Source: Moniliella sp. 'wahieum' (lineage: Eukaryota). Taken from it: a stretch of 64,000 bases of DNA. Positions within the stretch are counted from its first letter, which is position 1; each line of letters starts with the position of its first letter. The stretch lies in NCBI GenBank assembly GCA_003971905.1, contig RSEE01000012.1, positions 744,001 through 808,000 of the forward strand, given 5' to 3'. Under the pieces are notes generated by a model. That model did no database searches. It saw only the letters and a list, made by a program, of their open reading frames with translations, and was not told the DNA's origin. The position numbers and the translations under genes were made by a program. Positions 11,673 to 24,078 of the stretch are shown here, one piece after another.

Positions 11673-14600
11673 TCACCGTAGCACCGGGCCCTCGGTGCGG
11701 CCCAGGGATGCGCGTGGCTCCCGTGGCGTCGGGCCCTTGGTGGTGGTGGTCAAAGTCGGGGTCGGGGTGGGTTTGGTCCGCCGGGGCGGGGCGAGGCCCA
11801 AGGCCTCGGTAAAAGCTGGGTCGTACGTGTCGTGAACTGGGAGCGAGCGCGGAAGCACCGGTGCTGGCACTGGCGCTGGCGCTGACGCTGACGCTGGAAC
11901 ATCCCCTTTCCTTCGCTCCTCCTGGTGCATCCATCCTGGCGAAGGGAGGTCAATCGATCCAAGGCGCCCCGGCGTGTCCGGGTCGCCCCACCCATACCCA
12001 CTGGGCAGAGTAGGAGGGGGAGAGTGTACCCGAATCGGGCCCCATCCCAAGCCTGGACGGCGGGGTAACGAGTTACCCAAGCGCTGGGACGGCCAGGAAG
12101 GGCGAGGTGCCAAAGGGGGTGAAGGCGGTGAGGAGAGCAACGCTGGCCCAGTTCTCCACCCCCTTTGGACCCTCAAAGAACAATGTTGTGGTGTGCGCGT
12201 CTCAGGATGAGCCGTGTTCGTCGTCTTGTCTGTCATAGCGGTGACGATCACGTCCTGCAGTCTCACCCCGACAGACAGAGGTGGAGCGTAGTGGGACGAA
12301 GGTGGACCAGGCGGAGGAGGGGAAGGGTCGGTACTGCACCACGACCCCATCGAGTCGGAAACGCACCCTGATCCACTCAGGCCAGCGGCCTGTCCAGATA
12401 AGCATGAGGACGGAGCGTTGTGCGAAAGGGGAGGTGTGCGGGTACGCGTGCGCAAGGAGGACACGAAGGACGACCACCACCCCGATTCACGAGGCAGGGC
12501 GTAGTGTGCAGGCCGAACTCCAGCAATATCGTCCTCCATTGCAGTCGCCCCACCGCTGTGTGCATAGGCAGCGCGGCGGGAAGCAGGGTTCCTTGTGGGC
12601 TATGCGGAGCGTCTCGAGCGCAGAGAGGCGCTGTGCGCCTCCTACGCCGGCACCAGCATTCGAGTCGAAAGGCACGAGAGGCGCGGTCATAGAGGACGGC
12701 ACAGAGAGTGGAACAGGTTCGCAGTCGAGAGTAGAATCCTCGGCATGTTCCGAGAAGGAAGCCAAGGGCTCCCGAGAACGTGAAAAGGAACGCGACAAGG
12801 TGGAAAGCGAGGAGACGGAAGCACTGAGCGAGCGGTGTGGCCGCATCCCCCGGGCCACTAGCCCCATTCGGGTGGATGAGTGCGCGCTATGCGCGACGGA
12901 TCGAGAGGAAAGCGAAGTCGACGATTCCGATGCGGGCGAGGCAAGCACATCCAGCCTCTTGCTCTGTGTCGTTGGTGGGGTGGAACGTGGAGGAGTACGC
13001 ATACCGTCCCACTTGGCTTCAAGCTGGGCAGAGCAGAGAGAAGAAAGAAGCGGGCTGGGAGACGCGCTTTTGCTTACGAGCCAGTCGCTGGGCGCGGCTG
13101 AGTGAGTCTAAAGGCGGTATGTGAGTGCGGGAAAACGAGGAGGCACAGGCGGTGGACAAGCTTGTGCTGGGCGGCGCGGCGCGTGCGCTTCTTGGTTCCC
13201 CATCGAGCGGTAGCAACTTCGGTAGGGTGTGAGTGCGGCTGCTGCTCTGCCTCCCGCTGGTCCGTCGGCCGGATCGGTACGGTCGAGGGGGAGTTTTGCC
13301 AGAAATGACGGGTTGGGCGATGGAAGTAGAGGCGCGCTGAGCAGGGTGGGAAGGGAACGCCACAGTGACCACTGTGCCCATGCCGGGGGCTCTCTGATCA
13401 AAGTAATTGGTTGCCACTTGGGTCGGATAGAGCGCCAAAGGCGATGTGATCTGACCCGAGTCAGTCCCTCGTCTAGCCGGAGGGCTTGCAGCGACCAGCC
13501 GCGGCCCCTGGCCAGGTCCGACTTAAGGAGGTGTGCGATGCAAGGATCGATCGCCCTCCTTGATATCGACCGAGCCCGGTCCTGACGGGGTCATCACGCC
13601 TTTCCTTCCCGGTGTTAGCGGAACATGAGAGGAGTAGGCTGTCTGGCCCGGTGTACCGAAGCGCCTCGAATACCGCGGGCCATACAAGCCAGCCGAAGTG
13701 GGGCCTGAATCGGTCCAGCTCCAGGCGGCAGGAGCGGGACCCGAATATCCCGAGTAGCTGTAAGCGTGCGTCGCGCCCGGCGTGGGCGCGGCGGGATAGT
13801 TTCCTGATGGGTAGGCATACGAGAACGCTGCCATGTCCGAACCGCTCAGAGCGTAGGACAGATGCGAAATAGAGCCGTGAGGGGTGGGCGTCCCTCTGTA
13901 CGCCAGGTTAGGCACACTCGAGTGCAAATCCAGCAGACGGCCCATGTTCTGTGCCGAGTCACGCACGTCCTCCTCTTGGCATGCCTGGGAACAGTAGAGT
14001 GGAACACGGCGAGATTGCGCCGCAGCTCGCTTCATGTCTTGTGCCAAGGCTTTGCGTTGTGTAGGAGGCAAGGTAGAGCCCCCGGATGAGGTACCACCCG
14101 GGGTGGAAAGTGCAGAGCGCACGTGCAAGGGGCCAAAGGGGGGGGTTGGGCGGGACAAAGAGCGGGGCTTGAGCCCACCATTGGCAATGTTCTGGCGCCC
14201 AAACGCCCTAGTAGACGTTGCAAACAACGGTCCCATTGAGCCCCCGGGGGTGCCAGCGGAGGTTGAGGCAGTGCCCGAAGCTAAGGCTACATCCGAATGG
14301 ACCGAAGGGGCATGAACTAAGCTGTGGGAGACCGTGGATGCTGGTGGCGGGGCTGCGGTTGGCGGCTGGCGTGAAGAACTCGATTCGGGTGGGGAGCTGG
14401 CGGCAGGTAACGATGGAGTACATGGCGCGCGCGGAAACAGCGTGCCTCTTCCCCACAGGTGGAGGGGGATTGTGAGCGGCTGAAAAGGCAACCTCACCTG
14501 CAGGTCGGGGGGGTGGAGATAGGGGTTTGGCCGTGGCAGGTGGGGTGAGATGGCCCGAGGATGAAAGGGAGGATTTGGGTGGGAGAACGGGGGCACCATT

Positions 14601-15089
14601 GGCCAGGACGCCAGTGCCAGGGGGAATCACACGCTCGCAGACGCTGCAGATTGTCTGGTTCCACACATCATGCCCATCGAGTCGTTGGCCGTGGACGCCT
14701 CGTCTTCCGAGGAGGAGGAGGAAGAGGAAGCAGGGAGACGGCTGCATCACTCGGCGTCGGACAGATCGACTGGATCGTCGGTGGCCGAGGGAGGCTGGGC
14801 CAGGAGGAAGGAGCGGTGGCGGCGCCGCGCCTCGTGCTCGTCCTGCCGGCGGAGCTTCTCCTTGAATTGGGTACGCAGCTCGGTGAGGTCGGGGCGACGG
14901 GGGGGCTGGCCGGGAGCGGTGACGGAGGGGGGGTGCGGCGGGGGCATGGGTGGTGGGGGGTGGTGGTGGGGAGGCGAGAAGGGCGCGCGGGCGGCGGAGG
15001 CAGCCACGGCCTGGGCGCAGGAGCGGTGGGGCTGGGGAGGGCAGGCCGGGGGTAGCGGAGGTAGCAGGGCCTGGGAAGCGGTTGGACAT
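11673..15089 (-). CDS. Large low-complexity protein with a split Cys motif resembling the Ecl1 family (boundaries uncertain, multiple frameshifts)
   Basis: WNQTICSVCERVI (ORF 14208..15188) and later PLYCSQACQEED (ORF 13523..14599) fit the Ecl1-type CxxC...LYCSxxC pattern. Ser/Pro-rich minus-strand ORFs tile 11.7-15.1 kb. Confidence 0.5.
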
Positions 15090-17499
15090 GCTGGGAAGCG
15101 GCTGTGCTGCAGCCGCCCCCCGGATCCCACACCCGCCTCGAACCCCAACGCGACCCACCCGGCACGGCGCCTGTGTCCCCGCGCGCACATCTCGCGCCTA
15201 CCCGGCGCTTCCCCCGCCTCTCCCCCACGCGTCACGCGTCACACTCACACCACCCCTGCGCCCCCTCTCAGTCTCCGCTCCGATCTCCCCAGTATTCATT
15301 CAGCTTCAGCGCGCGCAGTCCGTACTCGGCCGGCCTCATACGCATGCCCCCTCTCCCCCTCTTCGGAACAATGTGCGCCCCACATGATGCTCGGGCATGG
15401 CGGCACGATTCCCGCCCCGGCCCATGCTGGCCCGAAGCACGGAGCGGGCAGGCGAGATCATATTTTCCGTCCAGGGATTCTGCTTACTGGAAAGCCCTTC
15501 CTGGATCCACTTTTGTGCTCCTGTATCCAACGTTGTTTTCAGTGGTTCAGCGTGTTGTCCAGCCGTGCTCACTGAACCGGAGGCCGAGCACTCCGGCTGA
15601 GGCGCTGAGGTTGGTCCGATGGCCGGATGCATGTGACATGTGACATGGTGGCATGGGATGTGTGATGTTTAATGGCTCTGTTCCCAATGGGGAGCCTGCC
15701 AGGCCTGAGCCTCAGGCCTCAGGCCTCCGCCTCATCAGGGCGTCAGGGGCAGGAAATAGGGGGGAGAGAGTTGGATAATAGCAGAAATATAAACCAGCGT
15801 CCAAGGGTGACAGGTGATCAGTGGTGCAAATGATTGATCAGTGATCGAAGTGATCCGTACTCAGTCATCGATCGTCAATATCTGTACTCAGTTGCTACAG
15901 CATGATGTATGATGCATGATGCCAATGACACTGAGATACCGTTGGAGAGCTCAGGGACTCAGGACAAGCGGCTCAGGCTGAGCCAAAAGGGGGAGTTTTG
16001 TACCACGTGCCCCCTCCAGTTGTATATCGTCTTCAAGCTTCAAGCTTCAAGTGGCTTTGATAAGAAGCGCATGCGCCTTGGCTTTGTAGCTCAGAATCTC
16101 AGGGCTTTTGGTTTTGACATGCAAAGACCTGAGTGCCTGGGCCTGAGGCCTGACAGGCATGGCATGCACATAAGGCCTAACATGGACAGGGGAAAGTACC
16201 GCACGCTACATAGCTAACCATGCTGAATATGAGTCCACATGTGGCCTGTGCTTTTGGCATTGCATTAACCATTCACAGCAATCATTAATCACAATCGGTG
16301 TCCCGGTGGGGGATTCGAGGATTCAATATTCAGATGTGAATGATTAATGATGCATGATGCTAATCCAGGCTATGCCTGATTAAGCGCTAATAATAATAAG
16401 CCCCTCCTCCTGTGGCTTTCTCTTCCCCCTTTCGTTGTGCGTTGCGCCGCAGCATCGGAACCAAACAAAAGACAACGGTGCATAGGGACGTAACGTACAG
16501 CTTCTAGGTAACACATACATACTGCTATCCTTCATGCACCATGCATCATCGATCATCCATGGGCGCAGCATACCACCAAGTGCCTGCTGTACCAGCTGTT
16601 CCAGCTAGCCCAACGCGACGGTTGGGCGAATGTGAATGTTTTGGTCGATGATATCGATGATGGGCCAGCGCGATGAGTGGTTAAGCTGGCAAGTTGCTAT
16701 AATGAGTTGGTTAAAAAGCAGCCTAGTGAAGCGGTCTCAATCTCATGGTCACACCCGAGGCCTAAAGGGGCCGAACCTCAAGCTTGTGAAAAGTAACAAA
16801 ACGGACCCCTCCGCAGCAACAGGAGTGGGATGGGCAAGGCCACTAGTCATTAATCATTATTAACCGGCGTGCTGACGCGTAAATGGTGGTATTCAGCAGG
16901 AGTATGGCGTCAGTGTGCGCGTTGAGTTCAACGTGCAACGAACGATGAGGACATTTTAGTACTTCACTTGACCGGTAGGCCTCCGGCCTCAGCCGTTGAC
17001 GTTGAACGTTGAACGTTGAACGTTAAACATCAACGTTCAACGGCCGAGGTGGGTGGGATAAACTACAGACTGTTCGCGCTCGCACCTAAGACTGCGGGGA
17101 AAAAAAACTCTGACATGCCACGTGTCACACGCCACATTTCACAGACAAATCTCGTCCCAGAGCTCAAAATGACGGAATGGGCAGGACACGGCAGGGGCCT
17201 GGCAGGGCGCGGGAAGGCGCGGGCCGGACAATTTTTTCGACCGTGGCAGCCATCGCGCTGGCAAAAGCGGTCAACCGTCGCTGTCGGAATGGCTGCGTAC
17301 TCCGTACTCCTCTGGATGTGCCAGGAAATGCCCCGTGTCCCACGGGTGAGTGGTGACCAGTGAGCGCTAGTGAGCGCCGAGTGGCCGTGGCCTAACCCCC
17401 GCGCTAACAGCATCTCCAGAGATCTGAATGCTGAAAGCTGAAAGCACAGCGATTGCGTCGTTCACCACCTGAGGAAGATCGAAAAATACGAGGAGTCCT

Positions 17500-17962
17500 G
17501 CATATACGTCATGCGCCACCACAGCCTGATGATGAGTACCATGCATTGAGAGTCTATAATGGAGGTGAACCACACGCTGCGCGACACGGAAACGCAGAAG
17601 GCGCAGAGCGCGTAAAGGAGAGTGGTGCATGAGAGCACCGCGACGCCCTTGGAACGCCGGGAGAAGGAGCTGGTTCGACTGCTGGAACAAGCAGAATGCG
17701 ACAAGAACGCCAAGTACCAGGGGCGTATACTCAAGAGCCGTTTTTCCCCCTGGTTTTGACGACGCGAGGATACTACGGCACCAAGACAGCGGGCAAGTTG
17801 TTTGCGCATTGGAAGGATTTGGCTACTAAGTCTCAATGGAAATGGTTCCTCGCTTGGATGTCAAGCACGTTCATCCGTGTCCACACGCGCTTCCTGGGGT
17901 ACGGGACCGGATGGCGACCACCGGAGGGTCATGATATCCTGTCGATCCCTCTGGTTCCTTAA
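17500..17962 (+). mobile_element. 3' remnant of a CRE/Cnl1-like non-LTR retrotransposon (restriction-like endonuclease tail), degenerate
   Basis: Joining two frames gives LLEQAECDKNAKYQGR-TQEPFFPLVLTTRGYYGTKTAGKLFAHWKDLATKSQWKWFLAWMSSTFIRVHTRF, the KxxKY...FxPLVxxxxG...W...SxxxxR signature of RLE-type LINE C-termini. In-frame stops lie upstream. Confidence 0.6.
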
Positions 17963-18224
17963 CCGCAAGATGAACGGTTCGGTTTAGGCGTAGCGTTTCC
18001 CTGTCCCAGCCTTAAGCTCTGTCAATGACATGGATGCAGTATTGTTAGTTAAACATTAGAATCGCCTTTTCTGTCGGGCACCGCTAGGCCTGGAAATGTT
18101 ATGCTATAGCAGGGAGCATCGACGAGCGCAATAAATTTCGGCAGGCGAAGATGTATCGAGAAGAACGTGGACGAGATCATTTTTAGTCATTGTGTGGTGG
18201 AGAACCACACCGTTGAAGATCTGT

Positions 18225-19150
18225 TCAAAAACACAACAAAAACGTGATGTATACATAGGTGGAGAGGGATAGATATAGAAGGGTAGCAGTGAGGCCTTCG
18301 TTAAATGCGGATGCCGCCTTCGTGGTTGCAGAAGAGGGATCGGATGGCAGTGGGAGCGTCGGTGAACTGGCGGTGGCGATTTTGCACTGTATGCCACACC
18401 TCGTATAAAAATATAGCTGACCAGATTGGCAATATGTTACCCACTCCCGAGGTGAATATGTACTCGTACTCAAATTGAAACCGGCGATTCGGAGATGACA
18501 TTAACGCGGGCACCCTACCAATGGATATGCGTAGGGCTGAGTCAGCGCTTTAGCAACTCGTACATGACAAGCTGGATAGCCGGATTCTTCACGCTGAGCC
18601 TCAGGCCCGCATGCGGTACCACGGGTATATACCCTCGCCGTAGATCGAGCGTGGTGTGCCCACAAGCCTCAAGTCGCTGGGCACCATGCTGGGGCCATAC
18701 CCCATTCGCGCGAGCGGGGGGCACATTGGCAAGCATATGCACCTTGAAGCTTGACGACCTTGTGCGGGTTCGTAATAAAGGTGCTGGCGAAGTCCCTGAT
18801 GCTGGCGTGGTCAACATTTGCTTGCTGGGCTAGAGTTTGATGCTCTCATCCGTGTCGAGAAACATTGATGTACCTTCCATCCACATATATCGCTGGTCAG
18901 CAGCTGTTCACGGCAGTGGATTAAGATTGGAGATGTTGAGGGAAGGGGAAAAGAACGAACCATAAAAAGTGTGCAATTCCCAACTAGTAGTATTAGCCAA
19001 GGAATTTTGCCCACACACCACAGAGGTTTTTGTTGCCCAGTCGCGATACAAGCCTGTCACCCCCTGCTTAAGCACGATGGCACGGAGGGACCTGTCCATG
19101 TCGCCCCCGATACGTCCACCTCTAAGCGTGTTAGCTGTGGCACTGTACAT
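18225..19150 (-). pseudogene. Degenerate or highly divergent mitochondrial-carrier-family gene (peroxisomal Ant1/Pmp47-like)
   Basis: Three carrier-repeat fragments appear in order across frames: SLRAIVLKQGVTGLYRD..GQN, IYGEGI..GLRLSVKNPAIQLVMYELLKR, and FTDAPTAIRSLFCNHEGGI..FNEGLTATLL. There is a TATATAAAAG on the minus strand at about 19217-19226 and many disruptions. Confidence 0.55.
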
Positions 19151-19292
19151 CCTGGTCGAAATTGGGACAGAGAGGAATGGGGCGAAGGCTGTGATGTGGA
19201 CGAGCGGGCGGGTCGACTTTTATATACTACGAGGAGGACCACCGGGCCTACGGCCCGGTCGGCTGGGGCTTCGCCCCAGCTTGGTGCTGCGT

Positions 19293-19445
19293 CGCCACCT
19301 TAGCCACCGTTCCCCCTTCGCCACCTTAGCCACCGTTCCCCCGTCGCCACCTTAGCCACCGTTCCCCCGGCCCACCATCGCCACCTTAGCCACCGGTCCC
19401 CTCCGCCACCTTAGCCACCGTTCCACCGTCGCTACCGTTCCACGC
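19293..19445. repeat. Minisatellite, about 5 copies of a 25-34 bp unit with core CGCCACCTTAGCCACCG
   Basis: The core starts at 19293, 19319, 19345, 19379 and 19404. Confidence 0.9.
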
Positions 19446-19484
19446 TGGAACCCTTCCACGCTGGAGAGGGCAAATAATATCACC

Positions 19485-19836
19485 GATACTCTGGCTGCGG
19501 GAGGCTGGGAACGTGTCACGGGGCAGCTGATGTAAAAAGTGCAGGCCAACCAACCTATTTTATTACTTAGTGATACTCTGGCTGCGGGAGGCTGGGAACG
19601 TGTCACGGGGCAGCTGATGTAAAAAGTGCAGGCCAACCAACCTATTTTATTACTTAGTGATACTCTGGCTGCGGGAGGCTGGGAACGTGTCACGGGGCAG
19701 CTGATGTAAAAAGTGCAGGCCAACCAACCTATTTTATTACTTAGTGATACTCTGGCTGCGGGAGGCTGGGAACGTGTCACGGGGCAGCTGATGTAAAAAG
19801 TGCAGGCCAACCAACCTATTTTATTACTTAGTGATA
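19485..19836. repeat. Tandem array, 4 identical copies of an 87-bp unit
   Basis: gatactctggctgcgggagg...cctattttattacttagt starts at 19485, 19572, 19659 and 19746. Confidence 0.95.
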
Positions 19837-20191
19837 GAACTTTTGACCTTGATCGGTTCGAGGGGCTCATGCTCACCGATGCAACCACTCCTGCGCCTGT
19901 ACGGCGACTGTTTGCTCATAGTAGACGCTGGGATGGCGCAGGGTTAGGGGCAGGTGCGTGGAATGGCATAGAAGAGACATGGGAAGGGGGACAGGCCAGT
20001 TATTAGGACATGGAAGCAGTTTATTATAGATGCCTGGCTGGCCAGTCAGCTAGCCACCGTCATCGGTCAGCGGTCGCGGGTGGGGTGGTCACGTTTGAAA
20101 CTAGTACTTGAGCGCTCCGGCTGAGGCCCCGCATGCGCCCCGGTGCTCCGCCAGCGTGGCCGCCGTCGCCACCTCCAAGCTTGTGTAGGCG

Positions 20192-22720
20192 ATGCGACAG
20201 CGCGGCGGAGGATCTTACCTGCCGCTGCACCAGCCCGGCCTGTGGCGCCGCGTGCCAATCCCTCCCAACCTAGCGTCCACTCCGCGCCGCCGCCGCTTGC
20301 TGCTCCTTGTCCTCGGAGCCGCAGTGGGTGTTGCCCTGCCCGTCTACTATCTCGCTTCGCTCTCACGCCCACCAGCTGAAGCCTTCGCCCCGCTCGCCCC
20401 GTTGCCCCCGCTATCCCCCCATCCCCTACCACCCTTCCCCCCTAATCCTGACGGGCAAGGTGGCCATCTACCCCTGCTTCGCCCCGCCATCTTTGACCCA
20501 TCCGACGACGAGGAGCTGCTCACCGATGCGGTTGACGTGCCCCCGCTGCACCACGCTGCCTTCCCGCCCCAGTACTTCGAATCAGCACAGAACAACTTCA
20601 GCCGTATCTATCCCGACGCCCAACCCTCACGCTGGCCAGATACCATTCGATCTACTTGATCTGCTTCAGCATCCCCCACCAACGCGTCCCCTACTGCGCC
20701 CAAGCCCGCGCCCGACGTTCCTCCCACCGTCTGGACACCTTATCAGTGGAATCCCTCCCTGCACGCCAGCCGCACCCGCTTTGAGGATGATGCAAGCCAG
20801 GATAACCAATCCTCCCGGCCCGACTTTCGCAATGGTACGCCATACCAAGGCTGGCAGCTGCCCGTGCACCAGCTGACCCACATCCGCTCGCCCCTGCCTC
20901 GGGTCCAACACCCGTTTCCCAACCCCAGTCTTCATGGGGGTGGACTGGTTTCATCCGAGCGCGCCGAAATGCTTGCTTGGCGACAGAAAATGGTGCGCAA
21001 CGCCTTCATCCGTTCTTGGGAAGGCTACAAGGCCCACGCATGGGGTCACGACGAATTACGCCCGGTGAGCAATGGCAGTGCCGACCCATTCAACGGGTGG
21101 GGCGCAACGATCGTTGATACACTGGACACACTGCTAGTGATGGGGCTTCCAAGAGACTATGCGTATGCGCGCCAACATGTCAGGGACATTGATTTTACCT
21201 TGGTCAGCGGGGGCGCAGTGGGTATGGTCAGGCCGACGGCCGCATCCCCGTGTTTGAAACGGCGATCCGGTACCTAGGCGGTTTGCTGAGCGCGCACGAT
21301 CTCACAGCTGATCCATTGATGCTGCATCGTGCTGAGGAGCTGGCTCAGCTTCTTCTCCCTGCCTTTGACACCTTCAGTGGCGTCCCCTGGGTCGACTTCA
21401 GTTGGGTAAACCGATCCAGCCCGCACCGGCAGGAACGGTGCTGCTCGCCGAGGCGGGCAGCTTGCTTCTAGAGTTCACACGCTTGTACCAGGTCACAGGC
21501 AACCAGACCTACTTTGAAGTTGTGCACCGCGCTTCGGACTGGCTTGCCCGCAACGTCTCGGCGCCCATGTCATTTCGTGCACCCGGTACCCGGACAGGAA
21601 GCCTGCTTCCTACTTTTGTCCAGCCTGAGTCTCAGAGTTCATGGGGCGCATTTTCCTTTGGAGGAATGGCCGATTCGTACTACGAGTACTTGATCAAGGG
21701 GCATGCCCTGCTGGGTGGCCGGCTGGATTTGTACTCTACAACCTATGCCCAAGCCATGGAGGATGCCCACCTAGCACTGTTGGGGGAGATCAAGACGGTA
21801 CCCACCACACCGCTATTCATTTCAGGTGTGCTCCGAGGACCCAACAGTGCCTTGAGCCCCGTGCTGGAACACCTGGCCTGCTTTGCCGGTGGCATGCTGG
21901 GTCTCGGAGCCCGCCTGCTTCCTGCACGGCAAGTGAAAGACTTGGCGGCCGCCCAACGTCTGACTGAATCATGTTTTGGGCGTACAACGCGACCCTTTCG
22001 GGTCTAGGACCGGAGGCGATCACTTTTTACCGTTCTGATGACCACGACCGATATGCCCTCCCGAGCCTTCCCCTCACCTCCGCCGAACCGGGCAAAGCAG
22101 CTAACTCCGCTGCTCATGGCCCTGCGTATGGCCATCCCCAAATCGGCGTGCGTCACGCTAACGAGGTGTACAAAGGTCGACCGGAGACGATCGAGAGTGT
22201 GCTTTACATGTACCGCTTGACGGGGGAGGCAGTGTGGCAAGAACGTGGATGGCAAATGTTTGCCTCGTGGGTAACGCACTCTATGACGCCTTCGGGCTTT
22301 GCCCAGATTGGCAATGTCAATTCCTGGCCAATCGCCAAGGTGGACGCTATGGAGTCGTTTGTGTTGGCCGAGACGTTCAAGTACTACTATCTCCTTTTCT
22401 CACCCCCCGGCCACATTTCGCTGGATGAATATGTGTTTACGACGGAGGCACATCCGCTACTCATGCCTCAAAAGGGTCACTGGGCCCGTCCGGGATCAGG
22501 GTCGGCTAAGTTCTGGGATGCCAAGTGGGAAGACCCAGCTATGGCGCCCACTGGACGAACGAATCCCGGCCCGGATGGGACACAAGGTTCGACGGCCGCT
22601 AGTGCTGACATCAGTCGTCCTTCTGCTGAGGCCGGGGCGGGTTACATCGGCGGAGAGGGGGGGCTGGTGGGAGGTCTGACCAACGTGCAGAAGCACGCAC
22701 TGATGAAGACGCCCGAATGA
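20192..22720 (+). CDS. Class I alpha-1,2-mannosidase, glycoside hydrolase family 47, type II membrane protein (frameshifted)
   Basis: N-terminal anchor RRRRLLLLVLGAAVGVALPVYYL. Motifs SWEGYKAHAWGHDELRPVS, GWGATIVDTLDTL, FETAIRYLGGLLSA, LAEAGSLLLEF, GGMADSYYEYLIK, EHLACFAGGM, RPETIES, MESFVLAETFKY and FTTEAHP. Confidence 0.95.
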
Positions 22721-23411
22721 AGCCTATAAACATGAGCTCGTCTTTTTTTTGCCTGTTCACCTTCTCTTTTCTCTGCACCTAGATCCCCTGTATTTCTTTC
22801 CTCTCCATTGCGCCACCTGCCTGGTTGCTTCTTGCCCGATGTACCTTATCAATTCTGCATCCACTTCCCTACTATCCAAAACATCTTGAACATATCTGCT
22901 AAACATATCTGCTAAACACGGACCTAATAAGCTTGACCCGATGCTCATATGCTCATACTCGCACAGTAACAACAACGAGAGGATCATATTTGGTTGCATC
23001 TCTGCCAATCTTCTCCCCTAAAGCCGTTCGCACGCGTCTTCTCTAGATTTGATGATAGCCACACTTCGTAACGCACTTATATACTACTACTAATCGGCTG
23101 AGTCTACATAATATATGACAGCGCTTGTCTGATGTCCGAGCAGGTTCGCTGCGCTAAAGTCTCTTCCGCAATCTTACCCACCCACGTTTTATAGGTTTTG
23201 TGACAATATGTTTTCCCAACTGATAGCAACCCCTTTGCGACATTTTAGTCGCCCCATGCCTGTTTACCTTATCTTTCTAAGCTGTCCGTGCGGCATCTGC
23301 CTTCCCTGTTCTCCCTCTGTTGACTTGTTTCCCTTTTAGTCCCTGTCTGTTAGCAATATAATGGTTCGTGGCTTTCCCCCACGGTCCATTGGCGTCTCCC
23401 CCTAGTCTCCT

Positions 23412-24078
23412 CGCCAATTGATCAATCCAGTACAGGCAACTTCTCCTCTTAGTTGCTCCTTCAGCCCCCGTCGTCAGCTCTCAGCTCCCCCAGCCCAAGT
23501 TCAGTCCAGTTCAGCCGTGTGTGATCCTGACTACAGCCACACCACCCCCATGATGAGACCTGGAGTCCTGATGGTCCTCGAGGGTGATGCAATCGCACTG
23601 GTGGTGGTGGTGGTGTGGCAATCAGCAATGCCTACAGAGGAACATCAAGCAGCGAGTCGCCATCAGGGGCTAAGCTGCGGGCCAAGGAGGGAAACAGGAG
23701 AGGGGAAACAGCGGAACTCCTAGGCCTGAGGAGGAACTGAAGGGACATTGTCCAAAGCACGAGCCACCTAGCTCAACACCCCAGTCTCAGTCCAGCCTCA
23801 GCCCAGCCTCAGTCCAGCAGCGCAGGTCGTCCGCTGCCTCCTCCTCGTCCCTGAGCCCGAAGGCTTTAGACACGCTACTGCCGCAGAAGCCGGTGCCACG
23901 CAGCCTTGCCACACCTGCAGCCATCTCTGCTATACGCCGAGAGGCCTTTCATTGCTCCTAGCTCCGCTCGGAACCGCCAACCAGCCCAAACGCGTAACTA
24001 CCGTGAGTCGACCTTAGGACCTCCAAGGGATTGTACCCCTAAAACCCTCGGGGCGGGCCCCCTGGCGGCGCCCGCCCC
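23412..24078 (+). repeat. Dispersed repeat or decayed paralog, copy B (homologous to 5683-6085)
   Basis: See copy A. The translations align: GFRHATAAEAGATQPCHTCSHLCYTP vs RFRHVTTPKPAHTQPWHAYSRLGFTP. Confidence 0.65.

Noticed and set aside
19485..19836. CRISPR-like array
   Set aside because: The units are identical head-to-tail with no unique spacers, there are no cas genes, and the context is eukaryotic.
22757..23008. Reverse-transcriptase-like GSSLLGPCLADMF..RYVQDV peptide
   Set aside because: The RYV part arises from a 13-bp local duplication (catatctgctaaa x2), the YxDD aspartates are absent, and no other RT motifs are nearby.
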